Shown here in pieces: positions 29,137 through 40,501 of a DNA stretch of 64,000 bases (position 1 is the first letter of the stretch; the number at the start of each line of letters is the position of its first letter). The translations under genes were made by a program, and so were the position numbers. The notes below the pieces were generated by a model. It was not told the origin of the DNA. It did not search any database and worked only from the letters and a program-made list of their open reading frames with translations. This DNA comes from a virus, in the IMG/VR virus record IMGVR_UViG_3300045391_004554, positions 1-64,000 of that record. One strand, written 5' to 3'.

Positions 29137-31215
29137 TATAATGCCAGCAAAAGATTATAAACTTTGTGTTTCCGGATTAATGGGAACGCCATTTATTGCG
29201 AAGGTTAGCAAGACAAATAAAAACCTGATGCTTTCGGACCGTCGAGAAATTCCAAAACCAGAAATGTATGTGGCAGTGGAACAATTCTTCAAGGCCGATC
29301 TTGAAAAAGACAATAGCATTGTCCAAGTCACAGCAGGAGGAAAACTTATTTACGAAGTTCATTTCCCAGATAAAAAAGCCGATAAACGAAGGGCAGAAAT
29401 GCATAAAGTGGCCACTACTGTTTTGGAACTGACTAAAGGCTATACTCCAGAACAAAGGGAATTTCTTAACGAAATGCATAACATGCTCAATACAATGGAG
29501 GAGTTAGCTGGATATGTACAAGCATTAACATCATGAAAGATTCAACCAAACGCAACCTACTGACTATACCAGCTGTGGTCATAGTGATTGCAGCTGCGTA
29601 TTATACTACAGAGCTGATCTTAAGCATTGCCAGGTCCTCCGGAACAATTGTTATGTGGAAAGATTATATTACCATCTGCATGCTACCGCTGATCATATAC
29701 AGTTTTATTATGTTGTTGATCTACGCCAGAATTCTTAATATATTAGGTTGGGATAAAGAGTACCAAAAATTAAAGCCATGACAAAAAGAGAATTAATTAA
29801 CACACTGGAATCACTTTCTATTGATGATGATGCTCCAGTATTCGTATGGGACGCAGACCGGGATGCTTATACAAGCGACGGAGATAGCCCTTCAGAGTGT
29901 ATGTATGACTTTGATGTAAGCGTTTTAAACGATTATATGACCGAGGATGAAAAAGAATATCACCGGGAGATAATAGGCACTGAACCTCGTCCTATTATTG
30001 TTATTTCCTTTGATAATCCCGATTACGAAGATGCACCAGAAGAAGTTAGTCATGGTTGAGAATATCGAATCCGGCTCATTTGTAGCCCGTAAGAAGCATA
30101 GGGATAGTTCCTGGGATTATATCTGCGAATGGTTTTCATACAATAGGCCCTTTGTAAAAGAAGGGCCTACTTTTGCTCAGTATCGAGCTCTCGTTTCTTT
30201 AAAACAGAATCGCGGTTTTATATTACCTGGTCAGCGTTACAACTGGCAAAGAAATAAAATGGACGGCAACCTGTTCACCTGGAAATCATTGCCAGAAATT
30301 GAGCAAATTTGTAAACAGTTTAATGTATACCCTTATGATGAATGGTAGAAGACCTTTTATTGTAGCCAGTCTAGATGACCATCACGAACGCATGTACAAA
30401 GCTTGGCTTGATCAAGACCAAGCTATTTTCATTAAACCACGCTTTTTCCAGTCAGCAATACATAGGCAAGTTGACGTTTTCGGAAATCCTTTAGGCCCTG
30501 AACCGGAAACATTGGAAAAACATCTTTATGGAGAATGGTTTGATAGCCTCAAACGTCCGCTAGCGCCTTATGAATATCCTGTGCTTAGTACTGCCATCTG
30601 GCCACAGGAAATAACAGAACAAGCATATGACGGCTCCGAGCATTCCTGGCAAGAATTTGACGAGATAGGCTTATGGGAATTACCGTGGAAAAACCTACAA
30701 CGCGATTTAAGTGCATCTGTTTCGAAATTACTCCACACCGACACTTGGTTCAATGAAGATTTTATAAAGCTACAGGAGTGGCTAAAAACACGCGGAAAGC
30801 CTATTTATCTAACCGGCAGTGAATATCATAATCTCACCAATATTTATAAATATCGCCACGGACTTTTAATTAGATCACGGCGCTATGGTGAAACATTTTT
30901 TAACGCATCTTTTAAAACCTATTAACATGCATAAAATATCAACTGCCAAAGAAGCTCTTGAACTTTCTATTAAAAATGGCTACGATCTGGAAATGATCCG
31001 TCAGCAAATTGAACAGGACAGCTGGAACCAAGTTATGAACCAAGTAGAATCGGCAGCAAAGAAAGGCCAGGTTTGCGTTCACCTAACATTCAGAGACGAC
31101 CATAAAAATGTATACATGCGGTTGATTGACGCTGGATTTGACCCAACTCAAATGAATTATATACAAGAAGGCGAAATGTACTACAAGGGAGTAATGTATT
31201 GGGGGCCTGAAAAAT

Positions 31216-31250
31216 AAAAAAGCCCCGCCAAACCAATAAATGAGGGGCTA
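31216..31250 (-). terminator. Terminator at the convergence of the two genome arms
   Basis: Minus strand AGCCCC/GGGGCT stem plus T run. Confidence 0.65.
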
Positions 31251-31429
31251 ACGGCTCTATAGCCATTCCTATGCTTGCGCATTACGTTTTACTTTGACTA
31301 TGCAGATTCAGCACCGGGAGTTACCTGGTTTGCTGCTGTATAGGGGCCTTGGTACGCGCCAGAAGCATTGTGCTGGTCCTGCGTAGTATAAACTTTCAAA
31401 TTGACTGTCATAAGCTTAATATTTAATGG

Positions 31430-32137
31430 TTAATGAATGTGTTGTCCGAGATAAAATCCTCCTGCAGCACCGAGCACAACTAATATATATTTAAGCACCG
31501 GCGCTGGTTGCTTTTGCAATACCAACGATTTAAATCCACTTGTATTGGCAAAAGGGTTTTTGCTTAGAGCGAATCCGGTTAGTTCTGATTTTTTAAATAA
31601 TCCATGACTTACGAATTCGCTCTTTAGTTCTATACTGTCATTAAAAACAGGGGTGATCGCATATTGTTTAGGCCCTACCGTTCCTTTTAAGCTATACCAT
31701 TTGGTAGCTGTATCAATAGCATATGTCGGATAAGCTTTTATAGTATCTGGCTTCCCGGCTATCGCCCTGGCACGTACCGTGTCGAACCCGGTTATTTTCG
31801 TAGAACCCTTGATGGTTGTTCCTATAGTCCTGTCAAGCAATACGAGCGACTGAGTGTTACGATCTATCTTTGACTGTATGTTCGCACCCTGCGCGTTTAA
31901 TTCGGCAACAGTAGCCTTTAAACTGCTTATATCAGCAAACACAGACGCAGGTACACTAGCAGTCTGTTGCCCCATTTTATTGCGAAGTGTATCAAATTTA
32001 GAAGACATCGCCTGCTTAAAGGCGCTAAGATCGTCTTTGTTTTCATCAAGCTTTTTCTTCATAATGAATATTGCGGCCAGTAACAGGACTATTACGACTG
32101 CAAATCCAAAAAATATTTTAGTGTTAATTGATATCAT
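31430..32137 (-). CDS. Putative spanin-like lysis membrane protein
   Basis: N-terminal TM, coiled coil, C-terminal TM; follows a holin-like gene. Confidence 0.5.
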   Translation of the reverse strand: MISINTKIFFGFAVVIVLLLAAIFIMKKKLDENKDDLSAFKQAMSSKFDTLRNKMGQQTASVPASVFADISSLKATVAELNAQGANIQSKIDRNTQSLVLLDRTIGTTIKGSTKITGFDTVRARAIAGKPDTIKAYPTYAIDTATKWYSLKGTVGPKQYAITPVFNDSIELKSEFVSHGLFKKSELTGFALSKNPFANTSGFKSLVLQKQPAPVLKYILVVLGAAGGFYLGQHIH

Positions 32138-32553
32138 GCTACGCCGGGTTTTGGAGCTGGCTGCTGTTTCTGCTGAGCCGCAGCTGCGTCTTTTATATCC
32201 TGAGCTTTCTCCTGTATCTGATCAGCTGCTTTTGTAATATTTTGTGTTATTCCACCGCCCCTGATCAATGAAAGCGTATCGTTTACGTTCTGCCAGGTAA
32301 TAAGCCCCACTAATAAGAAAACGGCTACCCAGCTAATGATCACCAATTCGATCAGCCTATCCATTACCTGAATCAGGCTTGTATTAGTTTCCGGCGCTGG
32401 CCGAAATATAACCACAAATGACATTACAATAATAGCCAGGTTGATGAGCACCCCCACCTGCAATATGATCATTGTGATCAACCGTCTGGATGAAATCTCC
32501 GAATCAGCGCCTCCTTTTAATGAATTTACAAATACCTGCCAGATTGTAATCAT
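32134..32553 (-). CDS. Putative holin
   Basis: ISSRRL followed by two TM helices and a charged tail. Confidence 0.55.
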   Translation of the reverse strand: MITIWQVFVNSLKGGADSEISSRRLITMIILQVGVLINLAIIVMSFVVIFRPAPETNTSLIQVMDRLIELVIISWVAVFLLVGLITWQNVNDTLSLIRGGGITQNITKAADQIQEKAQDIKDAAAAQQKQQPAPKPGVA

Positions 32554-32581
32554 GATATAGGTCTTAAAGTTATAAAATATT

Positions 32582-33088
32582 TTATTCGTCGTCCAGTATG
32601 ATCACATCGGTTAGCTCCAGGAAAGACGGATAATAAGCTACTTCTACTTTAGTGCCGTCCTGCATCGGTATTTCCTTTTTTCCGAACTTTTCAGGATCGG
32701 TTGGATAATCGGCAATAGATAAAGTATGGAGAGGCACATCGTACTTCTTTACGTTAAATTCCTTGGTTTCAGCAATCAGAGCTTTCATTAACTCCTCAGT
32801 CTCTGCTTTCAACTCCGGCGTAGAATTCGGATCATTTAAAAACCCATGCAATTTGCCGCGTCGTTCCTCTATGCGCTGCCCTTCTTCAGCAACTTCCTGC
32901 TGTTGAGCGGCCAGAACTTTGGAATTCTTGTGAAGCCTGCGCCCATTGATCAGCGGTGTAAAAACGAAGTCCTTTAAGATGTTGCAGTGATTTTCCATCT
33001 GCTGCATTTCCCGGAATGATAGCGGCACAATTTGTGTTCCTTCAAGAGCCGCTAAAGACGCGTCTCCATTTTGTGTATTTCTCCCCAT
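32582..33088 (-). CDS. Hypothetical late protein (possible fibre chaperone)
   Basis: Helical ORF downstream of fibre genes. Confidence 0.6.
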   Translation of the reverse strand: MGRNTQNGDASLAALEGTQIVPLSFREMQQMENHCNILKDFVFTPLINGRRLHKNSKVLAAQQQEVAEEGQRIEERRGKLHGFLNDPNSTPELKAETEELMKALIAETKEFNVKKYDVPLHTLSIADYPTDPEKFGKKEIPMQDGTKVEVAYYPSFLELTDVIILDDE

Positions 33089-33154
33089 TATATATTAAAA
33101 AATGTTTCTACTAAGCTAAAATATTCTTTTCAATTCCAAAAATAATTTTATAAC

Positions 33155-35749
33155 CTATGTAAGCACGATCACCGGCTGTGAAAAATGTATCACCCCGGCT
33201 ACCGGTATGATTGACAATACTCCTGAATTATAGGTGAAAATATAGTTCTGGGCAACCGCGCCATTGGCAGTAATAGGATATGTCCCCAGAGGCGACGTGT
33301 TCGTTGCAGTCGTAGACACAACCGGTACCGAAGTCAATATAGATGATGTATCACCATTCTGGAATCCGGAGTAAGTTACATCAAGCAACGGAATTGGTGC
33401 GCCTAATTGAATAGTATGGTTGTTGGGAGTCACTGCAACTACCGCTTGGTTAACAGTCATTGGTTGGGAAGCGGTTGTGCTGCCGTTATTAGCTGTAATA
33501 TTTGCCGTACCTGCACCGATAATATGGACCAATCCGGCTACAATCGTAGCTACTAATGGATTGTCGCTTGTATAAGTTATCGCCGTTGTGCTGCTTGCGC
33601 CTGCTCCAAAATCAGCTGCTCCATAAGTTTTGGTTGGAATAGGGCCGAATATAATGCTATTGGCAGTCACGGTCATTGTTCCTGGTACATAAGCAAAGTT
33701 GTAATTTGGTGAAGCTGCTCCGCTAGCCGTAATAGGATAAGTGCCAACTGGTGAGCTTTGGACCGCCGTTGTTGATATCGTTGGCTGGGTCGTTAAATTA
33801 GCTGCTGTATCACCGTTAACAAATCCGGAGAAGTTTGCAGTCAGAACAGGATTGATCGTATTGAACTGCCTGGTGACGTTATTTGCGGTGATCACTAAAC
33901 TTACCTTATTAACTGTCAGAACACCATTGACGTAGTTAATATTATAATTATTAGCTGCAGCCGCGGCAGGCACAATTGAATAAGTACCGGCATTGCTTCC
34001 TATGGTTGCCGGGGTTGTAATATTCGGCTGAGCTGTCAATGCTGAGCTGTTATCTCCATTGACAAAACCTGAGAAGCTAGCGCTAAAAACCGGATTGGCA
34101 GATCCATAATTACGTGATGCATTATTGGCAGTTATTGTGAGATTTGCCTTATTAATCGTTAACGTACCAGCAACGTAAGAAAAACTATAGTTTGCAGCGG
34201 TAGCACCACTGGCTGTAATAGGATATGAACCCACTCCGCTGCCTATTGTCGCTGAAGTTGAAACCGTTGGCTGAGTCGTTAAAACAGCTGACGTCTGGCC
34301 TAATACAAACCCAGTAATGGTAGCTGATAAAACTGGATTAGCTGCTCCATATGTTTTACTGGCATTTCCAGTGCTTACGGTTAAAGGTGCTTTGTTAACG
34401 GTTAATAATTGCTGAATAGATGTCACTCCATCGTTAGCAGTTATCGTAGAAGTCCCGGCACCAACTATATGAATATTCCCGCCTACTATTGTTGCTACTG
34501 CTGTGTTGCTGCTGGTATACGTAATTGCGTTAGGGCTAGTGGCTCCAGGCGCAAAATCGGCATTACCGTATGTTTTAGCCTGTATAGGATTGAAAATCAA
34601 ACCGGTTGAGGCCAAGTCCCAGTCAAACTCGTTGAAAAGAGGATTAGGGAGCATTATTTCCGTAGCCAACGGGTCTACAGCGGTATCAGCGGTATTTGTA
34701 TTCCATCCTGCCGGTGGCCCCTGAAACGCAAACTTATTGTAGGGATTAGGCGCATGTGCTGTGGCGTAATAGGTGATGTGATTATTTTGAAGAATACAGT
34801 TAGCAACCCCAGGAACGCTGTTATAAGTTAGGCCAACATAATTGAATGCGTTGCCGGTATTCTTACTATACATCCTATTGTTCTGAATGGTGATAAAGGT
34901 TGCGCCAGATGGCATTACACCTATACCGCCCTGCCCAGGATTTACCAGAATGTTATTTTCTACTAGCTGATATGAGCCGCCAACATCCCCCGTAGTAATG
35001 CCAATATAACCCGTTACTTGGTTATTGCTGCCGCCCCTGATCTGGTTATCGTGTATCCAAATGCGGCTGGCAGCAGTTCCGTTACATTGAAAAGTGCTGA
35101 TTATATCACCCACCCCGTAGTTATTGTTATTGGCCCCGCTTGGATCCTTGGTATAAAATTTTGAATTGGCTATTTCAATACCAGAACCATTACAGTTATT
35201 CATCTGGATATGCGAACCACCTCCATGAGCCGTATCACCAGCGCCTCCCGCTCCGGCATTTCCTCCTGTTTTAAGCGTATCAAAAATATCAAAGAACCAA
35301 CAATGCGAAACGACAAGGTTTACTACGCCGCCGGTTCCCATCTTAACAGCATTTATACCTCTTATGCCTGCACCAAAAGCCACATTATTTAGTGTGATAT
35401 CATGATGACCTGTAGTAATATATAATATACCGTTAGGCGACTGAGAGTTTTTTAAGTAAAAGTTGCTGATCTGAATGTAGTCTGCATTCAATGTAATTAC
35501 CGGAGTATTGCCCGCGCCTCCATCAAACCGTGGATTATGGCCGGTACCATACATATCAAACTTGATCGGGTTCCCCGCCGTTCCTGATCTCGCATACGTG
35601 AACGTACCGAAAATATCATTGCGATTGAAGAAGAGCGTGTCACCGCCGACTCCTACGGATGAAGCTTTAGAAAGTGGCCAAGGAGATGCTGCTGAAAGTC
35701 CAGTGTTACCGGTAAGTCCGGAGGCCGCGAAGTAATACGATGTTGGCAT
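33155..35749 (-). CDS. Right-handed beta-helix protein with Ig-like and MBG repeats (adhesin/depolymerase-like)
   Basis: Pectate-lyase-like N-terminus (SGTAGNPI); four KAxLTITANN..YG..NP...GFVNGD MBG repeats; two YTSSN..VATI Ig units. Confidence 0.8.
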   Translation of the reverse strand: MPTSYYFAASGLTGNTGLSAASPWPLSKASSVGVGGDTLFFNRNDIFGTFTYARSGTAGNPIKFDMYGTGHNPRFDGGAGNTPVITLNADYIQISNFYLKNSQSPNGILYITTGHHDITLNNVAFGAGIRGINAVKMGTGGVVNLVVSHCWFFDIFDTLKTGGNAGAGGAGDTAHGGGSHIQMNNCNGSGIEIANSKFYTKDPSGANNNNYGVGDIISTFQCNGTAASRIWIHDNQIRGGSNNQVTGYIGITTGDVGGSYQLVENNILVNPGQGGIGVMPSGATFITIQNNRMYSKNTGNAFNYVGLTYNSVPGVANCILQNNHITYYATAHAPNPYNKFAFQGPPAGWNTNTADTAVDPLATEIMLPNPLFNEFDWDLASTGLIFNPIQAKTYGNADFAPGATSPNAITYTSSNTAVATIVGGNIHIVGAGTSTITANDGVTSIQQLLTVNKAPLTVSTGNASKTYGAANPVLSATITGFVLGQTSAVLTTQPTVSTSATIGSGVGSYPITASGATAANYSFSYVAGTLTINKANLTITANNASRNYGSANPVFSASFSGFVNGDNSSALTAQPNITTPATIGSNAGTYSIVPAAAAANNYNINYVNGVLTVNKVSLVITANNVTRQFNTINPVLTANFSGFVNGDTAANLTTQPTISTTAVQSSPVGTYPITASGAASPNYNFAYVPGTMTVTANSIIFGPIPTKTYGAADFGAGASSTTAITYTSDNPLVATIVAGLVHIIGAGTANITANNGSTTASQPMTVNQAVVAVTPNNHTIQLGAPIPLLDVTYSGFQNGDTSSILTSVPVVSTTATNTSPLGTYPITANGAVAQNYIFTYNSGVLSIIPVAGVIHFSQPVIVLT

Positions 35750-35835
35750 AGTTAAATCTAATTAGTGGTATAATTAATTAAGGTCTAAGCTATGTTTTAT
35801 TATTTAATTATACAATCCTTAAAATCAATTATTTA

Positions 35836-37310
35836 CTACATGTTATCTTCATATGTATCCAGCGCTAGGTAAGCGAAAAACATGACGTATCTATCAGCAA
35901 ACCGACCGAATAAGATTACGTACTCAACATCGTGGTGAAATACGATATATTGCCAGAAAGCGGTTATAAAGGCAAATGTATTGGCAATCAATAACAAACG
36001 GCATATATTGAAATTTCTTGCCGTATGTATACTAATATCACCTGTATGGATCTTATGCCTGTATTTTATAAATGACTTAATAAGGACCGCTATGATCGCT
36101 ACATCGATAATTAAGATACAAAGTGGAAAAGTCATATTCATCTGCGTGTAAATTTGTCATAAAAAGGAAGCTTGGATTCTCCCCTTAAAATCAGGCACGG
36201 AAACAATAATAATAGATCAAATAAAACGCCGAGCTGCCATACGGTTAGAAACATGTCTTTATTGATCCGTATTTTAATATCGAGTGGCTCCCGTATTTGC
36301 GGAACGAATAGAAGAATACCTAAAATAATAGTAAGCCCAGGCACAAAGTATTTTGCATAAAGCTGTATATTTTTCAGTCTTGGTGGTAAAGGCGCATCTT
36401 CCATTCATAATCAGTTATTTAGTCGTAACGTTATTTGATGGGTATATAAATTAATGTGCGTTTCCCATCAATTTCTACCCATCGTTGCGTATAAGATTCA
36501 AATCGCCCCCTGAATGATACAGGCTGAGGCTTAGCATCAACTTTATCGGTCAAGGTCTTGATATCTGTTTGGTCAATCTGATGAAGACTATCGATCTTCT
36601 TTTCAAGCTTAAAGTAATGCCATGTGCTGGAATAATTGCTATCCTTTATATCGGCCTTTAGGCCATAATAGATACCAGCCATAGCTAAGAGCATCGAAGC
36701 CGCCCATGCACCAAAATAGAGCGCCGTTTTCCAACGGACACCATTCATGTATTCGCTAATTTCTTGTGTCATTACCATATTTTAATAACCTGATTTTCAG
36801 AATCTCGTTTTCTTTTTTTAACTTTTTATTCTCTTCAAGCTGCAGCCGGTATAAATGAATATTAATAGCGACCATAATGATCAGCAATATTGAAAAGGCA
36901 AAGTCAAAATAGGCAACTGCGTCCACGATTTTTATCTGGTTCTAAGGTTAAGTAAATCATTCTGGTTCACTGTTTTTAAAGGTATAAAAAAGGACTGTAA
37001 TTATAAAATATGATGCGACCTGTACATTTTTATTTTTAATCCAATCAGGCATAGCAAAGATAGTGAGAAGGCAGTAACCATAATAAAAGCCGGTTGAGCA
37101 CATAAAATATTTTATAAATGTGCGCTCGCGAAATGTCAGCTTTATCTGAGAGGTTGATTGCCATAGCCAAAATAATCTGATAATAATTAAAGCAGGCACA
37201 GTATACATGAGTACTAACGCTAACCTATCCCATTTTTCACGATACAGCAAGATTGCGATAAACAAAGGATAAAAGTGAGTCAATACGAATATCTGTGCCT
37301 GCCTCCTCAT
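35836..37310 (-). other. Cluster of small membrane-protein genes
   Basis: 35836-36141, 36138-36404, 36431-36778, 36756-36926 (GTG start, TM plus coiled coil), 36957-37310; all contain hydrophobic segments. Confidence 0.65.
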
Positions 37311-37469
37311 TTAGGGATGTGTCGGATTTGGAGGTACGGGATCACCATCTGTTGTTAACCCAACCTTATTACTGTTGGCTTCGTGCGATTGAAGATAATC
37401 CGCTAATTTTCCCAAATCTTCTGGGCTTAATGAGACCAATGATTCTGCTAATTCTTGTAAGTTATCCAT
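37311..37469 (-). CDS. 52-aa peptide with Pro-rich tail
   Basis: MDNLQELAESLVSLSPEDLGKLADYLQSHEANSNKVGLTTDGDPVPPNPTHP; abuts next start. Confidence 0.6.
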   Translation of the reverse strand: MDNLQELAESLVSLSPEDLGKLADYLQSHEANSNKVGLTTDGDPVPPNPTHP

Positions 37470-37489
37470 TTTATTGTGAGTTTAGTTTT

Positions 37490-39430
37490 TTAATTATTTC
37501 CAATTATAATCCAATTGGCATTATTACTTTGAACTGTTACATATTTATATTGAGAGGCTAATGAATATGTAGTACTTGCATCTATTGTTTGTGATGATGT
37601 GGTGTTAACTGTCACAGCATTTCCACTACTATCAATTTTTTTTATAGTATATATTTGCCCTAATTTTCCGACAGCGGTGGGTAATGTTATATTAAACGCT
37701 GCTGATGTAGCATCTCCGGTTACTGTATAATCACTTGCTGTTAATGTATAAGTAGTTGTCTTTGCGGCAAAGTTTGTTATTAAACCACCTGTTTTTAGAG
37801 TGGCTAATGTCCCACCAGACCCATTATTAACTTCCATTATGCCTGCCGCACTCCTTCTCAACCCAATATCAACACCATTAGATGTGGGATCGCTTGCAGA
37901 AAAACCTAATATGATACCGCTGTTTATGTTAAATACACCATTACTGAAAACGGCTGCATTAGTTCCCGCAGCTATCATATCCATGCTTCCTACAGTCCGT
38001 TGTCTGAAGCCGGAAGTAGTCCCCTGTGAAAATCCAACCAATCCGGTTCCAGATGGCGAAACTATCACGTTTTGGTTTGTGCCGCCTGCGCCTAATTCCT
38101 GTTTAACGTCCCAACTGGCGGCTGTAGTACCTGATGTTAGTATACAAGTAAAAGTCATTTCGGTATTAGACGGCACAGTAGAAACCGTATTCGCACCAGA
38201 TGATTGTACGGTAACTAATCCTGTGCTATTATTAACTATTGTAAACGGTTGCCCTAATACTAGAGTCGATGTTACCGGCAATACAACCGTCTGTGTAGTT
38301 GAACCTGTAAAATATTGATTTTGAGTTGATGAAACGGTTAGCGTAGTTGTTCCTGCCGCCGTTGCTGTTGTAGTGTAGCCACTTAAAAAACTATTGGCTG
38401 ATAAATTCTTATTAGCATCCCATGCTGCGAATGAAGATGCAGTAGGCGAAGTTGTAACGGAACTGACATTTGTACCACCGTTGGCAATTGGTAAGACGCC
38501 CGAAATATCGGCAGTTAAATTAACAGCGCTCCAACTTGGTGAGGTACCTGCTTTTAAAAAACCAGGTCCGGTTGCTAGTCTCGTTGCAGCTCCGGAAACG
38601 CCTCCATAAATTATATCTCCTTGCGACGTCATAGGATTAGTTAAATAGGAGCCAACAGGCTGTTTTCCATTTAGCTGAGTCTGTATTGAACTTGTCGGAT
38701 CGTAATAAGACTTTGTGATGCCATTAATCTGTGATACTGAAGGATTAGGATAACTTCCAGATAAATCTCCCCCAGCTGAACCGCTTGGCGGAAGTGAAGA
38801 CGGCCCCCCTGTTACCAACGAGTAAGGTATCGCACCTGCCACCAAAGTTCCTATGGTAGTAATATCAGACCCCACTAACTTACTTGCAGTAATAGAACCC
38901 GCCAGCATAGCATTCGTAACTTTCCCTGAACCTATGGATGTCGTAATTGCGGTCGCTCCGGATCCTGTAATATCGCCGGATAAAGTTATATTTTGATTGC
39001 CAGATATATAGCCAGCTGGATTTGTAGCATTATAAGGCGTATATCCTAAACTATTTTGCTTTCCATTAAGTGCCGCTTGAAGATCAGTTTGACTGGAGAG
39101 TGTGCCGGTTATCGCCCCCCAGACTGCTGCACCAGAACCTCCTCCTACTGAAGTAAAAAAGTTAGTTAATATATAGGACTGGAGAGCAGCAAACGACGAA
39201 AATATCGTATTGGTATCCCCATTAAATACCCTGGTGTACGGAAACTTATCAATCGGTTTTATTTGATAACTTAGATCAGTATATCTGGGCTCCAATGAAA
39301 AACTTACGCCATCTGGCTGCGCCACGAAATCATAAGTATTTACTCCATAACTTCTTAATATTTTAGATTGCTGATCAAAAATAGTGAAGTATGAGCCTAT
39401 AGTACTTTTCTGAATGGTTAAATAATCCAT
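37490..39430 (-). CDS. Tail fibre protein
   Basis: WG.ITGTLS.QTDLQ.AL, GVLPIANGGT, AGGDLSGSYPNP fibre motifs; C-terminal TLP.A..G..Y.IKKID domain. Confidence 0.85.
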   Translation of the reverse strand: MDYLTIQKSTIGSYFTIFDQQSKILRSYGVNTYDFVAQPDGVSFSLEPRYTDLSYQIKPIDKFPYTRVFNGDTNTIFSSFAALQSYILTNFFTSVGGGSGAAVWGAITGTLSSQTDLQAALNGKQNSLGYTPYNATNPAGYISGNQNITLSGDITGSGATAITTSIGSGKVTNAMLAGSITASKLVGSDITTIGTLVAGAIPYSLVTGGPSSLPPSGSAGGDLSGSYPNPSVSQINGITKSYYDPTSSIQTQLNGKQPVGSYLTNPMTSQGDIIYGGVSGAATRLATGPGFLKAGTSPSWSAVNLTADISGVLPIANGGTNVSSVTTSPTASSFAAWDANKNLSANSFLSGYTTTATAAGTTTLTVSSTQNQYFTGSTTQTVVLPVTSTLVLGQPFTIVNNSTGLVTVQSSGANTVSTVPSNTEMTFTCILTSGTTAASWDVKQELGAGGTNQNVIVSPSGTGLVGFSQGTTSGFRQRTVGSMDMIAAGTNAAVFSNGVFNINSGIILGFSASDPTSNGVDIGLRRSAAGIMEVNNGSGGTLATLKTGGLITNFAAKTTTYTLTASDYTVTGDATSAAFNITLPTAVGKLGQIYTIKKIDSSGNAVTVNTTSSQTIDASTTYSLASQYKYVTVQSNNANWIIIGNN

Positions 39431-39478
39431 TGTGACAACTTACTTTTTTTAATACGAGACAAAAATGCCCGATTATCG

Positions 39479-40489
39479 CTAGTACCAACTATCCGAATCT
39501 GAATCATAAACTAACATCTCTAGTTGGGCAGCGGTTGGGCTAGAAACTCCACCTACAATCGTTCCATTGCTATAGGTAACAGCCGTTATAGCTTGGGTAA
39601 ACTTAATATAAACACAATCATTATTGATAGGAGCAGTTGGCATATTGAGTGTCAAAGCAGCTAACGGAGCAGCAGGATTTATTATATTATATTTATTACT
39701 TTGAACATCTATCGTATCTCCGGTCAAAGGTATAAAAATAATATGCAATTTTGGTGTTGATTCTATAAGCAAATTACCATATTGCACGTATTGATCATCG
39801 CTATTCTTTGCGAAAACTTTAGTCCCCCTTAACCCTATCGAATCAATATCATCTGTAACAACAACTCCGTTGCCGCCGCTATTATCAACTTGGATAGCCT
39901 GCGAATTAACAGTGTCAGATGCCGTTAAATAAGCCACAGTACCGTCGCTCTGAATTTGCGAAATTGCCCCTCCGGCCCTGGTTTGCTGTGCTATGAAAAG
40001 AGAAATGCCACTTGCAACATGCTGCATATAAGAGGTAAATCCCGCGCCATCGTCGGCGGTTAAAAGAAATAAGTGATCACTTTGGGTTATCGTTGTATCT
40101 TGATTGAGTGTATTAGGTCCGCCTAATATGACTGGATCTACATTAGTGCCGGTACCCGAAATGCCATTATCAGTTATAACTGCCCCACCCCCAGAGGCTC
40201 CGTTGGGATTACGAAAAAAATTGGTCAGGATATAAGTTCTCAATGAATCGAAATCGGCGAAAGGATCACCGGTATCACCGTTGATAATTGAACTGAAATG
40301 TGCATTGTCAATGATCTTAAACCTATCAACAGATTTACTACTTGCTGCTTCTAATGAAAATGATTCCCCGTCTTGAGACGGAACAAAATCATACCCATTT
40401 ACCATATAAGGCCGCAAAATTCCATCAGTAGAATCCTGGACGGTAAAATAGGCTCCTGAATCGCTTCTTTGTATTGTTACCTGTGGCAT
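39479..40489 (-). CDS. Tail fibre/spike protein sharing its N-terminal anchor with 37490-39430
   Basis: First ~92 aa clearly homologous. Confidence 0.75.
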   Translation of the reverse strand: MPQVTIQRSDSGAYFTVQDSTDGILRPYMVNGYDFVPSQDGESFSLEAASSKSVDRFKIIDNAHFSSIINGDTGDPFADFDSLRTYILTNFFRNPNGASGGGAVITDNGISGTGTNVDPVILGGPNTLNQDTTITQSDHLFLLTADDGAGFTSYMQHVASGISLFIAQQTRAGGAISQIQSDGTVAYLTASDTVNSQAIQVDNSGGNGVVVTDDIDSIGLRGTKVFAKNSDDQYVQYGNLLIESTPKLHIIFIPLTGDTIDVQSNKYNIINPAAPLAALTLNMPTAPINNDCVYIKFTQAITAVTYSNGTIVGGVSSPTAAQLEMLVYDSDSDSWY

Positions 40490-40501
40490 ATTAAAATATT
40501 T

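Larger units (their letters stand above)
24054..31217 (+). other. Run of small hypothetical genes
   Basis: Coupled ORFs: 24054-24347, 24344-24682, 25033-25263, 25257-25595, 25592-25897, 25894-26085 (TM), 26082-26417, 26404-26586, 26588-27004, 27001-27495, 27492-27827, 27858-28139, 28132-28314, 28346-28594, 29141-29536, 29533-29781 (TM), 29778-30059, 30052-30348, about 30338-30925, 30927-31217. Confidence 0.75.

Noticed and set aside
36756-36960. Possible +1 frameshift joining ATG 36960 to the TM ORF
   Set aside because: An in-frame GTG start at 36926 explains the ORF without a frameshift; unresolved without reads
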